Part shown: positions 9,960 to 18,961 of the stretch, one piece after another
Layout: each line of letters starts with the position of its first letter
Position numbering within the stretch: position 1 is the stretch's first letter
Source: Brevinematia bacterium
GTDB lineage: Bacteria > Spirochaetota > Brevinematia > DTOW01
NCBI GenBank assembly: GCA_039630355.1
Contig: JBCNVF010000014.1
Span: 1 to 62,293, forward strand
Length of the DNA: 62,293 nt
Direction: 5' to 3'
Made by a program: the position numbers and the translations under genes
Notes under the pieces: model-generated
The model's database searches: none
Seen by the model: the letters and a program-made list of their open reading frames with translations, nothing else
What the model was told of the DNA's origin: nothing

Positions 9960-11125
9960 TGGAAGAAGAGATCTTTGAAACTCAGAAAATAATCTCTTTT
10001 CTGAAGAGAGTTAGAAGTATAAATCTTGCGATTGATACAATCTATAAAAATGTCAAGACTAAAAGTTCGGTGAGATATGTGGGTGAATATAGTTTTGAGA
10101 TATACTGTAAGGAGCCCTTGACTATTACAGAGCCAACGATAGAGCTAGAAATAGCACTTGAGAATAAGATTTACCATATAAAGACAGAGATATTGAACAA
10201 AAGAGAGAACATTCTTCTGTTGATGTTACCAACTAGGATAAGCATTTGGACTAAGAGAAAGTTTCCTAGGAAAAATGTTTATGGTAAACTCTACTTAGGA
10301 GTATCTTTTATAAAGCAGTTAGATTATCCATCTGTTGCTAGTATGGAAGAGATACCAGAAAATCTGGTAGGTATTAGGCGAGAGCTTGAGAAGGATTTAC
10401 CAGATATGAAGAAGATTGTGTCCATGGTGATTCGGGAAATAGAGAAAATATCTGAGAAATATGATTTTGTTTTTTATAAGAGGGGGATGAGTTTACCTTC
10501 TTCTGCTGTTGTAAGTATGCATTTTAAAAGTCCTCTTTTGGTTGAGGATACTTCAAACCTAGAAAGCTATATAGTGAGATATGAGGGATTTAACATAACT
10601 ACTTATGGGGATTATATGAGGAAAATGTCCTGGGATGAAACTAAGGTTTTGGAGCAGATAAAGAAGCTTAGAGCATCGTTTTTGTCACAAAATGTAAAAA
10701 GTTTTATATGTGTGCCTATAAGGGTCCTAAACGAAGTAATAGGTTTTATCTTTTGTAAATCTTCTCAGAAGGTTTTCTCGGTCAAGGATGCACTATATAT
10801 TGATGCATTGGGAAGTATCATATCTGAGGCTTACATAAAGAATAAGATAAACTCTGTAAAGAATACTACTGAAATGCTTTTCCCGGTGATAGACATAAGT
10901 GCGGGTGGGGTTAGATTTGAGGTTGACAGTATTGTTGGAAAACTTCTAAGAGTTGGTGATTCTGTGAGGATATTTACAAATATTGAGGGGCGGGATATTC
11001 AAGTTACTGGGAAGATTTTAAGGATAGATACTACTAAGACTAGCAAGAAACTTTGGGTTGCTGTTATGTTTACTTTCGTATCTGCTGAGGATCAGGAATA
11101 TATTCTCAGTTTTACTACAAGGTAG
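9959..11125 (+). CDS. PilZ-domain c-di-GMP receptor with internal GAF-like domain
   Basis: RxxxR (RKFPR) and DxSxGG (DISAGG); GAF-like SFICVPI...IGFI; ATG at 9959 overlaps the recJ stop (TAATG). Confidence 0.8.
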   Translation: MEEEIFETQKIISFLKRVRSINLAIDTIYKNVKTKSSVRYVGEYSFEIYCKEPLTITEPTIELEIALENKIYHIKTEILNKRENILLLMLPTRISIWTKRKFPRKNVYGKLYLGVSFIKQLDYPSVASMEEIPENLVGIRRELEKDLPDMKKIVSMVIREIEKISEKYDFVFYKRGMSLPSSAVVSMHFKSPLLVEDTSNLESYIVRYEGFNITTYGDYMRKMSWDETKVLEQIKKLRASFLSQNVKSFICVPIRVLNEVIGFIFCKSSQKVFSVKDALYIDALGSIISEAYIKNKINSVKNTTEMLFPVIDISAGGVRFEVDSIVGKLLRVGDSVRIFTNIEGRDIQVTGKILRIDTTKTSKKLWVAVMFTFVSAEDQEYILSFTTR

Positions 11126-11204
11126 ATCTTATTCCATTTTTGGTGTTATTACAAGCTAATGGATGGGTAGCTGAAGTTATTGGATAAGGTTGAGATCACA
11201 AAAG

Positions 11205-12158
11205 TTACCTGATGATATACTTTCTCGGGTTTACCTTTCTGTTATTTTTTATCACTTCAAAGTGCAGATGAGGGCCTGTAGTCATGCCTGTGGTTCCGAC
11301 TTTGCCTATTACCTGGCCTCTACTTACCTTCTGTCCTTCATTAACAAGTATTTCCGACAGATGACCGTATAAGGTTTTTGTATTATCTTGGTGTTTTATG
11401 ACAATGTAATATCCATATCCATCTTCGTCATATCCTGTCTTTTGAACAATTCCAGACATTGATGCTTTGACTTTTGAGCCATAGGGAGCAGATATGTCCA
11501 ACCCCGAGTGAAATTTTCTTACCTTTAAGATGGGATGTCTCCTGTAGCCAAATCCTGATGTAAATCTCCCAAGTAATGGCTTAAGAAAGCCTATACCTAG
11601 TATTTCTCTTATCTGGTTCCAACTAAGTTGTACTCCCGGAACTAGGCATTCATTTTCAAAAGTTAACCTATAGCCGTTTGCTACAAATACTTCGTATGGG
11701 TGCACTTTGTATTTTCTACCAACATCAAAAACTGAAAATTTACTGCCAGTGTGTCTTACCACATCCTTTTCTGAAAATAGAAGCTTCTTTCCGGGCAAAA
11801 GAGATTGGGATGATAGCCTATTCAAAGAAACTAAAGTGCTTATGGAAGCGCCTATATTCTTTGATATAGAGTAAAGGGTATCACCTTTCTTGATTGTATA
11901 TTCCTTGAGGATTATTGGCTCATCTGTTGGGTTTACATATCTCCAGGAGATTTCCATAATTAATTTTTCTAAGCTACTGTTGCTGAAAACTAAAATTTGG
12001 GATGTGATTGTATATACACTTATTGTGATAAATATGAGAGATACTATCAGTAGAACCGAACTTAGACTTTTTTCTTCCAATGATTCTCTAAGGAATCTTA
12101 GTCTCTTTCTTCTATTGACAGTTGAGTTTATTACTACTAGTTGTTCTCTTATGCTCAT
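11205..12158 (-). CDS. LysM + M23 family peptidoglycan endopeptidase
   Basis: YTIKKGDTLYSI LysM; HSGLD, YGHL and GPHLHFEV M23 motifs; N-terminal TM. Confidence 0.9.
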   Translation of the reverse strand: MSIREQLVVINSTVNRRKRLRFLRESLEEKSLSSVLLIVSLIFITISVYTITSQILVFSNSSLEKLIMEISWRYVNPTDEPIILKEYTIKKGDTLYSISKNIGASISTLVSLNRLSSQSLLPGKKLLFSEKDVVRHTGSKFSVFDVGRKYKVHPYEVFVANGYRLTFENECLVPGVQLSWNQIREILGIGFLKPLLGRFTSGFGYRRHPILKVRKFHSGLDISAPYGSKVKASMSGIVQKTGYDEDGYGYYIVIKHQDNTKTLYGHLSEILVNEGQKVSRGQVIGKVGTTGMTTGPHLHFEVIKNNRKVNPRKYIIR

Positions 12159-12161
12159 AAG

Positions 12162-12956
12162 CTATCTTTTTAGGTTAATAGCGGTTGCCAGCATACTATC
12201 GGTGGTTTGAATGCTTTTTGAGTTAAATTCGTAAGCTCTCTGGGCTACTATCATGTCCACAAATTCTCTTACTGCGTTGACGTTTGACATTTCAAGAAAG
12301 CCTTGGTGCAATTTACCAAAACCATCTTTTGAAGGAATCCCTTCGTAAGCTGGACCTGAGGCTGGGGTTTCTTTAAATAAATTCTCGCCTATACTGTCAA
12401 GTCCTGCAGGGTTAGTGAATCTGTAAAGTTTTATTTGTCCAACTTCTATCTCTTCTTCTGAGTCCAAAACTTTTGCGTATACCATTCCGTTGTCTAGTAT
12501 CTTTATGCTCTCAAATCTAAATCCTTCTGGGAAGATTATTTGTGGTTCAAATCTGTAACCATTTGAAGTCAATAATTCGCCATTTGAGTCAATCTTCAGT
12601 GAACCATCACGAGTGTAGGCATAGCTACCGTCTGGCATAACAACTCTGAAATACCCCTCTCCGGCGATTGCTATATCCAGCTTATTTCCCGTATTCTGGA
12701 GTGCTCCTTGGGTGTGAAACTTAAATGTAGCAGAAGGTTTTACTCCTAAACCAACTTGGATTGGTACAGGATATATAGTAAGTTCCGAAGAGGGGGTTCC
12801 TGCCATCCTCTGAGTCTGATACAGTAGTTCCTCAAACTCAGCTCTGCTTCTTTTAAACCCTGTTGTGTTTATGTTTGCAAGATTGTTGGCTATAACATCA
12901 ATATTAAACTGTCCTCCTATCATCCCAGAAGCTCCAGTCCATAGAGATCTAACCAT
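12162..12956 (-). CDS. flgG: Flagellar basal-body distal rod protein FlgG
   Basis: MVRSLWTGASGM...ANNLANINTTGFK, YTRDGSL, LEMSNVN..MIVAQRAYE; GGAGGAG SD precedes the ATG at 12956. Confidence 0.95.
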   Translation of the reverse strand: MVRSLWTGASGMIGGQFNIDVIANNLANINTTGFKRSRAEFEELLYQTQRMAGTPSSELTIYPVPIQVGLGVKPSATFKFHTQGALQNTGNKLDIAIAGEGYFRVVMPDGSYAYTRDGSLKIDSNGELLTSNGYRFEPQIIFPEGFRFESIKILDNGMVYAKVLDSEEEIEVGQIKLYRFTNPAGLDSIGENLFKETPASGPAYEGIPSKDGFGKLHQGFLEMSNVNAVREFVDMIVAQRAYEFNSKSIQTTDSMLATAINLKR

Positions 12957-12985
12957 CCTACTCCTCCAATTTATACCTAAGCTAA

Positions 12986-13013
12986 TTTTCGTAACAAAGC
13001 TAGCTTTCTCAAG
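12986..13013 (-). promoter_or_regulatory. Weak sigma28-like promoter candidate for flgG (CTTGA-N15-TACGAAAA)
   Basis: -10-like CGAAAA 29 nt before the ATG; the spacer contains the perfect palindrome AAAGCTAGCTTT. Confidence 0.3.
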
Positions 13014-13117
13014 TAAAAACCAAAATTTCCGCTTGGAAAAAGAATATAAAGGTGAAGGTTTCATTCAGTATCTTGGCTTTAGGGTTACTTTAGTTAATCT
13101 CCTAGCTAAGCTTGTTT

Positions 13118-13331
13118 CAATAAATTCCAATTTCCACTGGATGACTAACCAAGACTCCAAGCTTTTTACTTACTCACTTTGATTCCAGATGGTGCTCGTT
13201 TGATCTCAGAATTTCATTTCACACTAAGTCTCTTAGGTGTTTTTGGGAGAGGTGTTCACTCAATCCTGATAGTGACTGCGAAAAAAATAAAAGAAAAACT
13301 ATGCCTAACTGTTAAATTTTAGAATTTATTG
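13118..13331 (+). mobile_element. MITE-like element copy A (214 bp) with TIRs and perfect 10-bp target duplication
   Basis: Left CAATAAATTCCAA versus reverse complement of right end CAATAAATTCTAA (12/13); flanked by AAGCTTGTTT at 13108-13117 and 13332-13341. Confidence 0.9.
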
Positions 13332-13386
13332 AAGCTTGTTTATTTTTAGTTGATGTTAAAAGAGAAATAGATATAATATTCTGGTT

Positions 13387-14961
13387 ATGGAAGTACTGAT
13401 TGTGATGGGTATTGTGTATCTGTGGTTTATACTCGCAGGTTACTATTCCATTAGAATTATCAGAAAGCTGAAAGGTTTCCAAAATATTCTTCTAAACTTT
13501 ATTAGATACCTTTTTGCTGTTTCGGTGATAACAATACCTATGACTTTGATACCAATAGAGTTTGTCAAATACCTTCTAGTTATCTACTTCTCTTTCACAA
13601 CTCTTCTTGCGAACGTTTTGCAAAAAAATAAGTTAGTTGCGGTAGATCTTTTAGCTACAATATCCTTCACATTAGTAGGAATTGCAGAAACTATCTTGAA
13701 AATGAATGTATTCTTGCCTTTAGGAATTGTGTATCTGGTTCTCTATACTGTCTACTATGCCTCTTTAAGGTCAGATGTTATAGTTGAGATAAAGAAGGCT
13801 GTTATTACTATTTCCGTTGTCATATCTACGGGTATAGGAGTGGTTAGTACATTAAGTTTGCTCAATATAGCGTATCTTCAGGTGATAGTTGGGTTGCCGA
13901 TTATATTGTCCTCAGTAGCTTCATATTTAGTTGTGCTTCTTAGCTACACTAGAACTATAGATACTCTAAGCAATGATGTTACTGCAGTTGTGCTTGAGAA
14001 AAGTAATAAAATCAAAGATTTTACATCTAGAATGGAAGAAATCGTCTTAAAGTTGAAGGATTGTTATTCGTCATTAGAGCTTAGTGTAGACAAAATAGAA
14101 AAGAACAAAGTGCAGGAATTTGTAAAAGAGTTAATATCAAGTGTTATGGAATTAAGTCCTATAGTTGAGTTCATTCAGAGGACAATAAAGGATTATCAGA
14201 ACAGAGTAGAAAAAATGGTAAAAGATTTACCGGCTCTTTCTGAAAATTTTGCTAGAGATTTTTCCGAGCTTATGAATACAAGACAAGCTCTTTCGGAAAC
14301 GAATACAAACGTTATGTCTTTAGTCAAAGTTGCACTTGATAGTGAGAGAGCAGTTATGAATGCGTCTAAGTCAATAAGAGAACTCAGAGCTACTGCTAGA
14401 AACCTTACTGATAACCTGAAGGTATTTGGTGAGATATCTGAACATTCTTCAATACTTTCCATAAACATAAGTGTAGAAGCTTCAAAACTTGGTAGTAAGG
14501 GTGAGGTGTTTTCTAAATTATCTCAACAGGCTAAGAAGTTTTCTGACCTGATATACTCAAATGTTGAAACGACAAAACGGTTAATAACCGAGCTTGATTC
14601 TAAAGCGGAGTTTAGCGAACATATGGTGAAAACTCTAGTCATGTCTTTTGTAGAGATGGAAACTGGTTTAAAGAATATATCAAAGGGTATTTCTATGATT
14701 CTTGAAAAGTTTGAAAATCTCTCAACCACAGCGGAGAACATTAGAAAGGGGATAGAGGAAATAGATAAGATGATGTTTATGATTCCAGAGTTTTCAATGG
14801 AGATAAGTAAAAGGGGGGAGGATATTCTTCTAAATTACAAGAAACTGAGAAAGTACTCTGACGATATACTGGTTGCTAGTAATTCGGTGGAAAACTCCGT
14901 AAAATCCATAGTTGAAAGTATAAAATCAACAATGGTGTTTGTAGAGAATTTGACGAAGTGA
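13387..14961 (+). CDS. Multi-TM methyl-accepting chemotaxis-like protein with degenerate signalling tip
   Basis: About six N-terminal TM segments, then a long coiled coil with SILSINISVEASKLGSKGEVF (MCP hairpin-like). Confidence 0.65.
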   Translation: MEVLIVMGIVYLWFILAGYYSIRIIRKLKGFQNILLNFIRYLFAVSVITIPMTLIPIEFVKYLLVIYFSFTTLLANVLQKNKLVAVDLLATISFTLVGIAETILKMNVFLPLGIVYLVLYTVYYASLRSDVIVEIKKAVITISVVISTGIGVVSTLSLLNIAYLQVIVGLPIILSSVASYLVVLLSYTRTIDTLSNDVTAVVLEKSNKIKDFTSRMEEIVLKLKDCYSSLELSVDKIEKNKVQEFVKELISSVMELSPIVEFIQRTIKDYQNRVEKMVKDLPALSENFARDFSELMNTRQALSETNTNVMSLVKVALDSERAVMNASKSIRELRATARNLTDNLKVFGEISEHSSILSINISVEASKLGSKGEVFSKLSQQAKKFSDLIYSNVETTKRLITELDSKAEFSEHMVKTLVMSFVEMETGLKNISKGISMILEKFENLSTTAENIRKGIEEIDKMMFMIPEFSMEISKRGEDILLNYKKLRKYSDDILVASNSVENSVKSIVESIKSTMVFVENLTK

Positions 14962-14969
14962 AAACACTA

Positions 14970-17096
14970 CTATCTTACTATAACCTTTCTGATGATTTTC
15001 TTGTTGTTGGCATGAAAAATTAAGAAAAGTAGTTCTGAGGGTTTAGACACCGTAGGGACTATATACCTTCTTCCGATTTCATCTTCTCCAGAGGAGAAGC
15101 TAACGATATCATAAGTTTTGTTGAATATCTCAACTTTTTCAAATTCGCCATCTACGAATATCTTCTCACCTTTGTTTACAACGGTTGGATATACCACTAT
15201 ATTGTCAGATCCGTAGGTTTCAAGTTCAATATACTCTGAAGATGAGTTACCAAGTTCATCCTCTATGCTAAGGAAAATTTTTACCTTTTCCTCGTTTTTG
15301 ACAAAAAATGATACAGTTCCGTCTTCAGAGATAACTAATGGTATGTTGCCATCTGCAGAAATTCTAATCCTTCTATCAAACACAGATCTAACCTCTACTT
15401 TAATGCTTGAATATGAATTCCTGTAAACTTTTCTAGGTTTGATTATTATGTAAGAGAACGAAGGTAAGACAACGTAGTTTGTCAAAGATATGTTACTGTA
15501 GCTAAACACTATTGGCGTATTATTGCTCACTTTTTCCAAAAAGGTATCTAGGAATATGGTAGATGAATAACATTCTCCTTCGTCTTTTAGGAGAACAAAT
15601 TTTGTCTTATTATCCGCTTGTATCTTCACGTATGGTGTTGATAGAGCTTCATGAGAATAGAGTCTTATTTCAACGGGTTCATCTATTCTTATGAAGTTTT
15701 TTCCTTTGTTTACAAGTAAAAATTGTTTTGATCTTGGAAGAATAGTCAGGTTTACTGGTGTTACTTCTGTTTCTCCATTTATGAGCAGTGATATCACACT
15801 GAAGTTTCCATCTACTTGTGGAACAGAAAAAACTATTCTGTTTGTCAGATTTGATACTATAGTGACTGGCAGATATACTGATTCGTTTGAGATAAATATG
15901 GATACGATCTTATGTAAGTTCTTACCTAATAGGGTGTTGGTTGAGTTTTGCAGACAAACTATGTTTGTTTTGAGAAATGAGGGGATTGATAGAGTAGGAA
16001 TAGTCTTTCCGCTTCTAGTGAAGTGGTATAGGAAATCTTTCATAAATTTTTTGGCTATTTCGGGAGAATTTTTTATTATTATTACATTTTCTTCGTTGTT
16101 TTCTTCGGCGTTTCTGGAAAAGTTATAGGAGCCGGTTATGACTATTGCGTTTTCGGGATGGTTCTCATCATAGTTTAGTATGATGTATTTGTTGTGTAGA
16201 ATTTTGTGTTCGCTATCAACTACAAAATTTTCGGGCTTCTTATCTATTAAGTAGTGGAATGCTGAAAACTGTCCAGTCTGACTTTCATCAAAGACGCCAA
16301 AGATATCCTTAATGTCGGTAAGTTCGTAAACTGTTCCGAATATCTCTGAGTTGGTTGAAAATGAGTAAATGCAGAAAAAGATATTAGTAGCACTTGAGAG
16401 CAGTTGTATAATTCTATCTTTTATCTTGTTTTCCGGTGAGTATGAGAAGTAGACTTCTATGTTTCCTGATGAGTGTAGGTATGGAGGGGGATCTGTTTTC
16501 TGTTTGCCGAATCTACTTGCTTCAGGATTAAACTGAAAGCTACTACTTCCCCATTCTTCGTTAAATTCTTGAATGTACATGTTGGCTACATCTATGTTAT
16601 TTTCTACAACGATGATGTTGTTATACTGCATAAGGCTACTATTTACTGTGAAGTTGAAAGAACCTGTTATGATGGTGTTTCTTACAGGTGAGGTTATAGA
16701 GCCATAGTCTATAACAATGAATTTACTATGATGCTGTCGTGCGTTTGCTTTTTTCCCCTTAAGTTTTAGGTCATTGAATATTTCTATATTTTGGTGGGAG
16801 TCAAGAATGTCAATTAGTGAATTCCAGTTATCGCTATCAATGACCATTCTAATTTTCACTCCTCGTTGACCAGCGTTTAAAAGAGCGTTTGCTATGTCTG
16901 GATCGTCAAATGAGTAAGCACTAATTGAAATACTTTCCTGTGAGTAGTTGATGTAGGCTATAATTATGTCTTTTAGCTTATCTCCAAACTCTGGGGTATT
17001 GAAAAAGCTCAAGATCTGCGGAAATATGTAACTGTCTATCAGAAAGGTAAATATGAAGGAGAAACACAGGGTTCTTGCCATAAGTTTATACTCCAA
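14970..17096 (-). CDS. Exported phospholipase D / Nuc-superfamily protein with beta-rich C-terminal domains
   Basis: Two PLD motifs, HSKFIVID..TGSFN and HNKYIILN..TGSYN; signal-like N-terminus. Confidence 0.8.
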   Translation of the reverse strand: MEYKLMARTLCFSFIFTFLIDSYIFPQILSFFNTPEFGDKLKDIIIAYINYSQESISISAYSFDDPDIANALLNAGQRGVKIRMVIDSDNWNSLIDILDSHQNIEIFNDLKLKGKKANARQHHSKFIVIDYGSITSPVRNTIITGSFNFTVNSSLMQYNNIIVVENNIDVANMYIQEFNEEWGSSSFQFNPEASRFGKQKTDPPPYLHSSGNIEVYFSYSPENKIKDRIIQLLSSATNIFFCIYSFSTNSEIFGTVYELTDIKDIFGVFDESQTGQFSAFHYLIDKKPENFVVDSEHKILHNKYIILNYDENHPENAIVITGSYNFSRNAEENNEENVIIIKNSPEIAKKFMKDFLYHFTRSGKTIPTLSIPSFLKTNIVCLQNSTNTLLGKNLHKIVSIFISNESVYLPVTIVSNLTNRIVFSVPQVDGNFSVISLLINGETEVTPVNLTILPRSKQFLLVNKGKNFIRIDEPVEIRLYSHEALSTPYVKIQADNKTKFVLLKDEGECYSSTIFLDTFLEKVSNNTPIVFSYSNISLTNYVVLPSFSYIIIKPRKVYRNSYSSIKVEVRSVFDRRIRISADGNIPLVISEDGTVSFFVKNEEKVKIFLSIEDELGNSSSEYIELETYGSDNIVVYPTVVNKGEKIFVDGEFEKVEIFNKTYDIVSFSSGEDEIGRRYIVPTVSKPSELLFLIFHANNKKIIRKVIVR

Positions 17097-17168
17097 AACT
17101 TGGATCTAGTGTTGAAGCTAACTTCTATTTATTCGTTACTAAGGGTGGTAGATCACTTTTAGATTCTG

Positions 17169-18677
17169 TTAAGTGTTTTTAGTAGGATCGTCGGTTTTGA
17201 CGGCTACTGCAAGACTTTTGTCAGGTGTTATGGAGTTTGGTTTTGTTGTTTCTTCTTCATATATTTTCTTAGCCATATCTAGTAAGATTTCTTTCTTGTT
17301 CTTAGTTGGGTCTTCTAGAACGATTTGGAGCAAAGTGTTGAGGATTTTACCAACCATAGGCCCCTGAGGAATATTGAGAGTTTCCATTATATCGTATCCG
17401 TTGACTCTTAGATCCTTAACGGTGATTGCGTTTTCTTCTTCAATTATCCTTAGTATTCTCTCTTTAAGTTTCTGGATTGAAGTGCTACCAGCAACCCTCT
17501 TACCGCTACCTATTCTGTCTGCTTCCCTGAGTATAAAAAGGTCCTCTATTAAGTCAAGCCCTACATTTCTCATAAATCTTCTCACTGCGCTATCAGTCCA
17601 TTCGTCCGTGTAATAAAACATATGGTGTCTGACCAATCTTACTATGTAGTCTATATCCTCATTGCTAAATCTGAGTCTCCTGAGGATCTTTTTGGCAATC
17701 CCTGCGCCGATAACCTCATGGTTATAGAAAGTTGAGAGATCAACACCATTTTCTGATACCTCCTGCTTTGTAATAGGTTTGGCTATGTCGTGAAGTAATC
17801 CTGCAAGTTTTAACCTATACATTCTCTTGGTATCATTGATTTTTTCAGCAAGAAAGGACACGGTATCAGCTGTTATAAGTGAGTGATAGTAAACATCATA
17901 CTTGTGATAAATGTTCTGAGATACCCCATAGCAATCTTGTAGTTCGGGTAGTATATACCTTAAAAGTCCCGTTTTTCTCATATACTCTATCCCTATTGAA
18001 GGTTTTCGTGATAGCATCATTTTTATTATCTCATCTCTTATTCTTTCAGCGGAGATTTTTGTTATGTTTTCTGCGTTTTCACGAATTGCTTCTAGGGTCA
18101 AGTCATCTATTCTAAAATGAAGCTTTGATGCAAACCTACAAGCCCTAAGCATCCTAAGAGCATCTTCTCTAAATCTTACTATAGGATCCCCTACACACCT
18201 TATTATGCCGTTTTTAATGTCTTCAAGTCCCCCAAATTCGTCAACAAATTCTCCAGTCACAAGATTTAAAGCCATTGCATTTATAGTGAAGTCTCTTCTA
18301 GCCAGATCCTCCTTTATACTCTTCGCAAATACAACTTCCGAAGGATGTCTAAAGTCCGAATAATCCTTATCTACCCTGTAAGTTGTTATTTGATACTCCT
18401 TACCTTTGTATATTACTGAGACAGTGCCATGTTTTATACCTGTTGGTGCTACTTTTATTCCCCTCTTTGAGAAAGCTTTGATAACTTCCCTTGGTGTAGC
18501 GGAGGTAGCAAAATCCCAATCCGATTCTTCAGGAATCCTTTTGTATAAAACTAGATCTCTCACTATTCCACCTACCGCATAGCACTCGTGTCCAGCTTCC
18601 ATAAGCACTTTTGAGATAAATATAGGGTCTTCAATAATAGTGCCTTCCACTTCTTTAAACTTGTCCACCTTTTCCAT
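17169..18677 (-). CDS. cca: CCA tRNA nucleotidyltransferase with HD domain
   Basis: VGGIVRD, DWDFAT, DLARRDFTINAMA, EDALRMLRACRF, SAERIRDE; LLHDIAK HD motif. CC- or A-adding-only activity is not excluded. Confidence 0.88.
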   Translation of the reverse strand: MEKVDKFKEVEGTIIEDPIFISKVLMEAGHECYAVGGIVRDLVLYKRIPEESDWDFATSATPREVIKAFSKRGIKVAPTGIKHGTVSVIYKGKEYQITTYRVDKDYSDFRHPSEVVFAKSIKEDLARRDFTINAMALNLVTGEFVDEFGGLEDIKNGIIRCVGDPIVRFREDALRMLRACRFASKLHFRIDDLTLEAIRENAENITKISAERIRDEIIKMMLSRKPSIGIEYMRKTGLLRYILPELQDCYGVSQNIYHKYDVYYHSLITADTVSFLAEKINDTKRMYRLKLAGLLHDIAKPITKQEVSENGVDLSTFYNHEVIGAGIAKKILRRLRFSNEDIDYIVRLVRHHMFYYTDEWTDSAVRRFMRNVGLDLIEDLFILREADRIGSGKRVAGSTSIQKLKERILRIIEEENAITVKDLRVNGYDIMETLNIPQGPMVGKILNTLLQIVLEDPTKNKKEILLDMAKKIYEEETTKPNSITPDKSLAVAVKTDDPTKNT

Positions 18678-18729
18678 AAAGCCTCTATCATTATAAATAT
18701 AACCTAAATCAAAAGTATAAATACTGTAA

Positions 18730-18820
18730 CAATAACCTCCAGTGTTTATTTAGTCGCAATAGGACTTCAAGAAAAGTAAGAGAAAAACTATGCCTAATTG
18801 TTAAGTTTTGGAATTTATTG
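18730..18820 (+). mobile_element. Internally deleted copy (G, 91 bp) of the TIR element
   Basis: Last 39 nt match copy A at 36/39 (all three mismatches are transitions); left end CAATAACCTCCAG. Confidence 0.75.
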
Positions 18821-18961
18821 AGACCTTTGTTGATTTGGGTGAGGTATAATCTTATTTTGTCCTGTGAATAAAAGGGAAAAGGAAAGTGGTGTACTAGATT
18901 AGGAAATCTGGAGTTGAAAAACCTATTTCTAGAAAGTATACTTTAGTTTGAAAAAAGCAAG

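Noticed and set aside
12957-13064. 36-aa N-terminal extension of FlgG in the ORF track
   Set aside because: A strong SD precedes ATG 12956 and FlgG homology starts at MVRSL.
13059-13068. TTTCATTCAG upstream of flgG as a copy of the flgM repeat
   Set aside because: It is a single partial copy, and the same 9-mer also occurs inside coding sequence (near 109, 2273 and in flaB), so chance is sufficient.
13329-13377. Outward hybrid promoters from the TIR-terminal TTG (TTGAAG, TTGAGA, TTGACT)
   Set aside because: In copies A, G and C no -10 hexamer lies 16-18 nt downstream; better native promoters exist nearby.
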